Shown here: positions 17,581 through 20,218 of the stretch, piece by piece
Layout: each line of letters begins with the position of its first letter
Numbering within the stretch: the stretch's first letter is position 1
Source of the DNA: Marine Group I thaumarchaeote
Lineage (GTDB): Archaea > Thermoproteota > Nitrososphaeria > Nitrososphaerales > Nitrosopumilaceae
Direction: 5' to 3'
Assembly: GCA_044358425.1 (NCBI GenBank)
Contig: CP054849.1
Span: forward strand, 556,577 to 576,794
Length of the DNA stretch: 20,218 nucleotides
Translations under genes and position numbers: made by a program
Notes under the pieces: generated by a model
Told to the model about the DNA's origin: nothing
Seen by the model: the letters and a program-made list of their open reading frames with translations, nothing else
Database searches by the model: none

Positions 17581-17592
17581 TTGTTAGCACTA
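17581..17592. promoter_or_regulatory. Operator copy 8 (TTGTTAGCACTA)
   Basis: About 20 nt from minus-strand TTTATATG (17562-17555) leading to the ybgA-like gene. Confidence 0.83.
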
Positions 17593-17604
17593 TATTTTTT
17601 GAAA

Positions 17605-17616
17605 ATATTAGCACTA
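17605..17616 (+). promoter_or_regulatory. Operator copy 9
   Basis: TTAGCACTA at 17608-17616; TTAAATA at 17637; ATG at 17666, 50 nt away. Confidence 0.88.
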
Positions 17617-17665
17617 GAAAATGATTTGGCACCATTTTAAATATAATTAGTGAAATTTGTTTATA

Positions 17666-18613
17666 ATGAAAACTCTCATGACTGCAATTTCAACAATTGC
17701 CGTATTGCTGCTTGTTGGCTCAAGTGTATCATCAGTTTACGCTGATGTTCCAGCTTGGGTTAAGAACAATGCAGGCTGGTGGGCAGAAGGAACGATTGAT
17801 GACGATTCATTTGTTCAAGGAATTCAATTCTTGATCAAAGAAAAAATCATGGAAATTCCTCCAACCACACAAGGAGTAAGTTCTAGTAATGAAATCCCAT
17901 CCTGGATTAAAAACAATGCAGGCTGGTGGGCAGAAGGAACGATTGATGACGATTCATTTGTTCAAGGAATTCAATTCTTGATCAAAGAAGGAATCATGAA
18001 AGTATTACCTGAGCAAGCTAGTGATGTAGCAAAAGCTGCTACTGAAAAGGCATTTGCTAAAAAGGAACAAAAATCCATATCATCAAGCGATGACCCTGTA
18101 ATTGCTTCTCTTGAAGCTGAATTAGAGAAATGTTCAGAAATAGTCAAAGCATACAAGAGACTTGATTGTGAAAAACCAATTAAACAAGAAATTCTTGTTC
18201 ATACATACAAAACTGGCGCTGAATTAATGCAAGTAGGACCAATTAATTATTATTGGTTTGGTGTAAATTCTGAGGGTAATAGCTTTGAAATTAGTCCTAC
18301 AGGACAACCAATTTTGAATATCAGAATGTTGGCCGATAACACTTCTTCAGATATTGTTAGTTTGAATTGTACAAGTCCTTCAATTTGTAACTATGATGTT
18401 TGGGACGGTTCAAAATCCTTCAAATATTCTGGAATGGACTTTACTAGTGGACAAATCAATCTAAACCCTGGAACTGCTAAGGAGTTCAATATTTTGTTTG
18501 GTCCAAATATTGGATATGGTGGAACTGAATTTGAATATGATCCTTCAAAGACATATACTTTCAGAATCAATGAACCATTTGGTAGTATGGATGTTCACCT
18601 AGACTTAGAATAA
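17666..18613 (+). CDS. Secreted protein with two 'PxWxKNNAGWW' modules and a Cys-containing C-terminal beta domain
   Basis: Signal peptide ending VYA; two modules; C-terminal domain paralogous to the next gene. Confidence 0.85.
   Translation: MKTLMTAISTIAVLLLVGSSVSSVYADVPAWVKNNAGWWAEGTIDDDSFVQGIQFLIKEKIMEIPPTTQGVSSSNEIPSWIKNNAGWWAEGTIDDDSFVQGIQFLIKEGIMKVLPEQASDVAKAATEKAFAKKEQKSISSSDDPVIASLEAELEKCSEIVKAYKRLDCEKPIKQEILVHTYKTGAELMQVGPINYYWFGVNSEGNSFEISPTGQPILNIRMLADNTSSDIVSLNCTSPSICNYDVWDGSKSFKYSGMDFTSGQINLNPGTAKEFNILFGPNIGYGGTEFEYDPSKTYTFRINEPFGSMDVHLDLE
17765..17989 (+). repeat. Exact 78-bp intragenic direct repeat (17765-17842 and 17912-17989)
   Basis: aacaatgcaggctggtgggcagaaggaacg...ttgatcaaagaa occurs twice, period 147. 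Confidence 0.9.
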
Positions 18614-18616
18614 GAC

Positions 18617-18658
18617 TTCTTTTTCTTATTTTTATTTTATTTTTATTTTATTTTTATT
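18617..18658 (+). terminator. Oligo-T archaeal terminator-like tract, (T4-5A)n
   Basis: Immediately follows the stop at 18613. Confidence 0.55.
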
Positions 18659-18670
18659 TAGTTAGCACTA
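18659..18670 (+). promoter_or_regulatory. Operator copy 10 (TAGTTAGCACTA)
   Basis: Full consensus; TTATATA at 18691; ATG at 18719, 49 nt away. Confidence 0.9.
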
Positions 18671-18718
18671 TTGATTACTAGTTCTATTTTTTATATAATT
18701 AAAAAAGTAAAAAATTTC

Positions 18719-19999
18719 ATGAATCTTTTATTTTTGATCATCCCTTTACTCGTTTTTTCAATTCCAATGGTTTTTGCTGAATCCTCTAACGTTGGTACTA
18801 TGTATTGGAAGCAAGAAATCATTTCACCAAATTCGTTTGTTGATATCTATGTAAATGATAATGATATGAATAAAAAAGAATATCCAAATTTTGCTGATAA
18901 ATTTATGATATCTATATGGTCTGATTCTTCTCCAAATGGTCTTGAAATCCAAGTTGTAGAGACAGGAGTTTACAGTGGTATTTTCAAAGGTCGTGTGTTT
19001 GTTGCTGATTCTGGTGAGACCGTAAAAAATAGACTGGTTTCAATGCCTGGTGATACTGTATATGCAAAATATGTTGATTTTACAATGCCAGATGGCTCGA
19101 CATCTGAAATATTCTCAGCTGCAGTTGTAAAAATATCTGGTCAAAATATGCAGCCATTACTTGACAATATAGATTCAAAATACCGCATGTCTTCATCTAT
19201 TGAAAAAGTTCCATCATGGATTAAAAATAATGCAGGCTGGTGGGCAAATGATGACATTGATGATGATGCTTTCATTCAAGGTATTCAGTTTTTAATTAAA
19301 GAAAAGATTCTTGAAATAAATGAAACCTCATCTACAGAAAAAAGTGATAAAATTCCTGCTTGGGTAAAAAATAATGCAGGCTGGTGGGCAGAAGGCCAAA
19401 TCACTGAATCTGATTTTCTTAGTGGGATTACACATCTTGTAAAAACTGGAATAATTTCTGTTAGTGATGATTCTGTTGAATTAGTTTCTGATGATGTCGA
19501 TCCTTTACTGGCTGAATGTCAATCGATTAAATCTACATACAAGCGACTAAATTGTGAAAAGGAAATAAAACAAAATCTTGAATTTATAGAATTTAAAAAA
19601 TCTTCAAATGAATACGGTGTAGGTCCAATCACTTACTATTATCCTGGAATTGGAAATTTTGGAAATGAGTTTGAAATCAGTTCTTCTGGTCAAGCTATGT
19701 TGAGATTAAGAATTTTAGCTGAAAATACCGGCAATGAAGTAATTTCATTAAAGTGTACAGGTCCATCTATCTGTAGTTATGATGTTTGGGATGGTTCAAA
19801 GGCATTCAAATATGCTGGCATGGATTTTGTGTCTGGTCAAATCCCAATAAATCCTGGAACCTCTGTTATTTTTAACATGATGTTTGGTCCGAATATTGGA
19901 TATGGTGGAAATCAATTTGAATATGATTCTTCAAAGAATTATACTTTTAGAGTTAATGAAAACTTTGGAAGCATTGAAATTCCATTAAAAATTGAATGA
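18719..19999 (+). CDS. Secreted protein with an S-layer-type Ig-like domain, two NNAGWW modules and the shared C-terminal domain
   Basis: Signal peptide ending VFA; VNDNDMN...ETGVYSGIFKG...GDTVYAKYVD. Start reassigned to ATG 18719. Confidence 0.85.
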   Translation: MNLLFLIIPLLVFSIPMVFAESSNVGTMYWKQEIISPNSFVDIYVNDNDMNKKEYPNFADKFMISIWSDSSPNGLEIQVVETGVYSGIFKGRVFVADSGETVKNRLVSMPGDTVYAKYVDFTMPDGSTSEIFSAAVVKISGQNMQPLLDNIDSKYRMSSSIEKVPSWIKNNAGWWANDDIDDDAFIQGIQFLIKEKILEINETSSTEKSDKIPAWVKNNAGWWAEGQITESDFLSGITHLVKTGIISVSDDSVELVSDDVDPLLAECQSIKSTYKRLNCEKEIKQNLEFIEFKKSSNEYGVGPITYYYPGIGNFGNEFEISSSGQAMLRLRILAENTGNEVISLKCTGPSICSYDVWDGSKAFKYAGMDFVSGQIPINPGTSVIFNMMFGPNIGYGGNQFEYDSSKNYTFRVNENFGSIEIPLKIE

Positions 20000-20011
20000 A
20001 TAGTTTTTAGT

Positions 20012-20218
20012 TTAATCGTAAACCATCAAGTCTTTTTCTTCTAATAGACTATGAATTTGGTGAACTGAACGATGAATTTCTTTCTCAAGTTTAGCTCCAA
20101 CACAAACAAGTTTTCCTGATGCAAAAATCAAGATGACTGTCTTTGGGTCAAGCATTCTGTGAATAAGACCTGGGAACTGTTCAGGTTCGTACATACTTCT
20201 TGGTAAAGTTCTTGCTGC
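20012..20218 (-). CDS. tbp: TATA-box binding protein, 3' part (5' end outside the window)
   Basis: AARTLPRSMYEPEQFPGLIHRMLDPKTVILIFASGKLVCVGAK is the second TBP repeat. Confidence 0.95.
   Translation of the reverse strand, partial: AARTLPRSMYEPEQFPGLIHRMLDPKTVILIFASGKLVCVGAKLEKEIHRSVHQIHSLLEEKDLMVYD

Noticed and set aside
5402-18156. Other nested ORF-track entries (5402, 9673, 10318, 10508, 10725, 13319, 13491, 13856, 15003, 16492, 17971)
   Set aside because: Each overlaps a better-supported gene on the opposite strand or in an alternative frame.
1-20218. tRNA, rRNA, cobalamin riboswitch, integrase or att sites
   Set aside because: None recognised by eye. Intergenic regions are short and AT-rich; an Infernal or tRNAscan run would be needed to exclude them.

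Overview
AT-rich archaeal DNA, by gene content from a marine ammonia-oxidising thaumarchaeon (Nitrosopumilaceae-like; inference). The left part (1-8.5 kb) is mostly housekeeping: partial tpiA, a SemiSWEET-like protein, family B DNA polymerase, dCMP deaminase, a Hef-type helicase, parvulin and several small ORFs. The right part (8.5-20 kb) looks like one physically clustered regulon. Ten intergenic copies of a pseudo-palindromic 12-mer (consensus TAGT-TAGC-ACTA; core TTAGCACTA, 9 exact and 1 one-mismatch) sit about 20 nt upstream of TATA-like boxes and, in most cases, 48-50 nt upstream of an ATG. Essentially every transcription unit in that region has one, and I saw none in the left part. In the middle is a CarH/LitR-type cobalamin-binding protein (Wx9EH and ExHxxG motifs) with a non-MerR N-terminal domain, whose own promoter carries the motif. 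The motif-bearing genes include an extra TFB, a phytoene-dehydrogenase-like FAD enzyme, an SRPBCC protein, a YbjT-like SDR, YbgA/DUF1722, a flavin split-barrel protein and secreted proteins. A TBP gene enters at the right edge. My best hypothesis is a B12-dependent, probably light-responsive regulon in an ammonia-oxidising archaeon. All family calls come from motif recognition by eye, with no database search.
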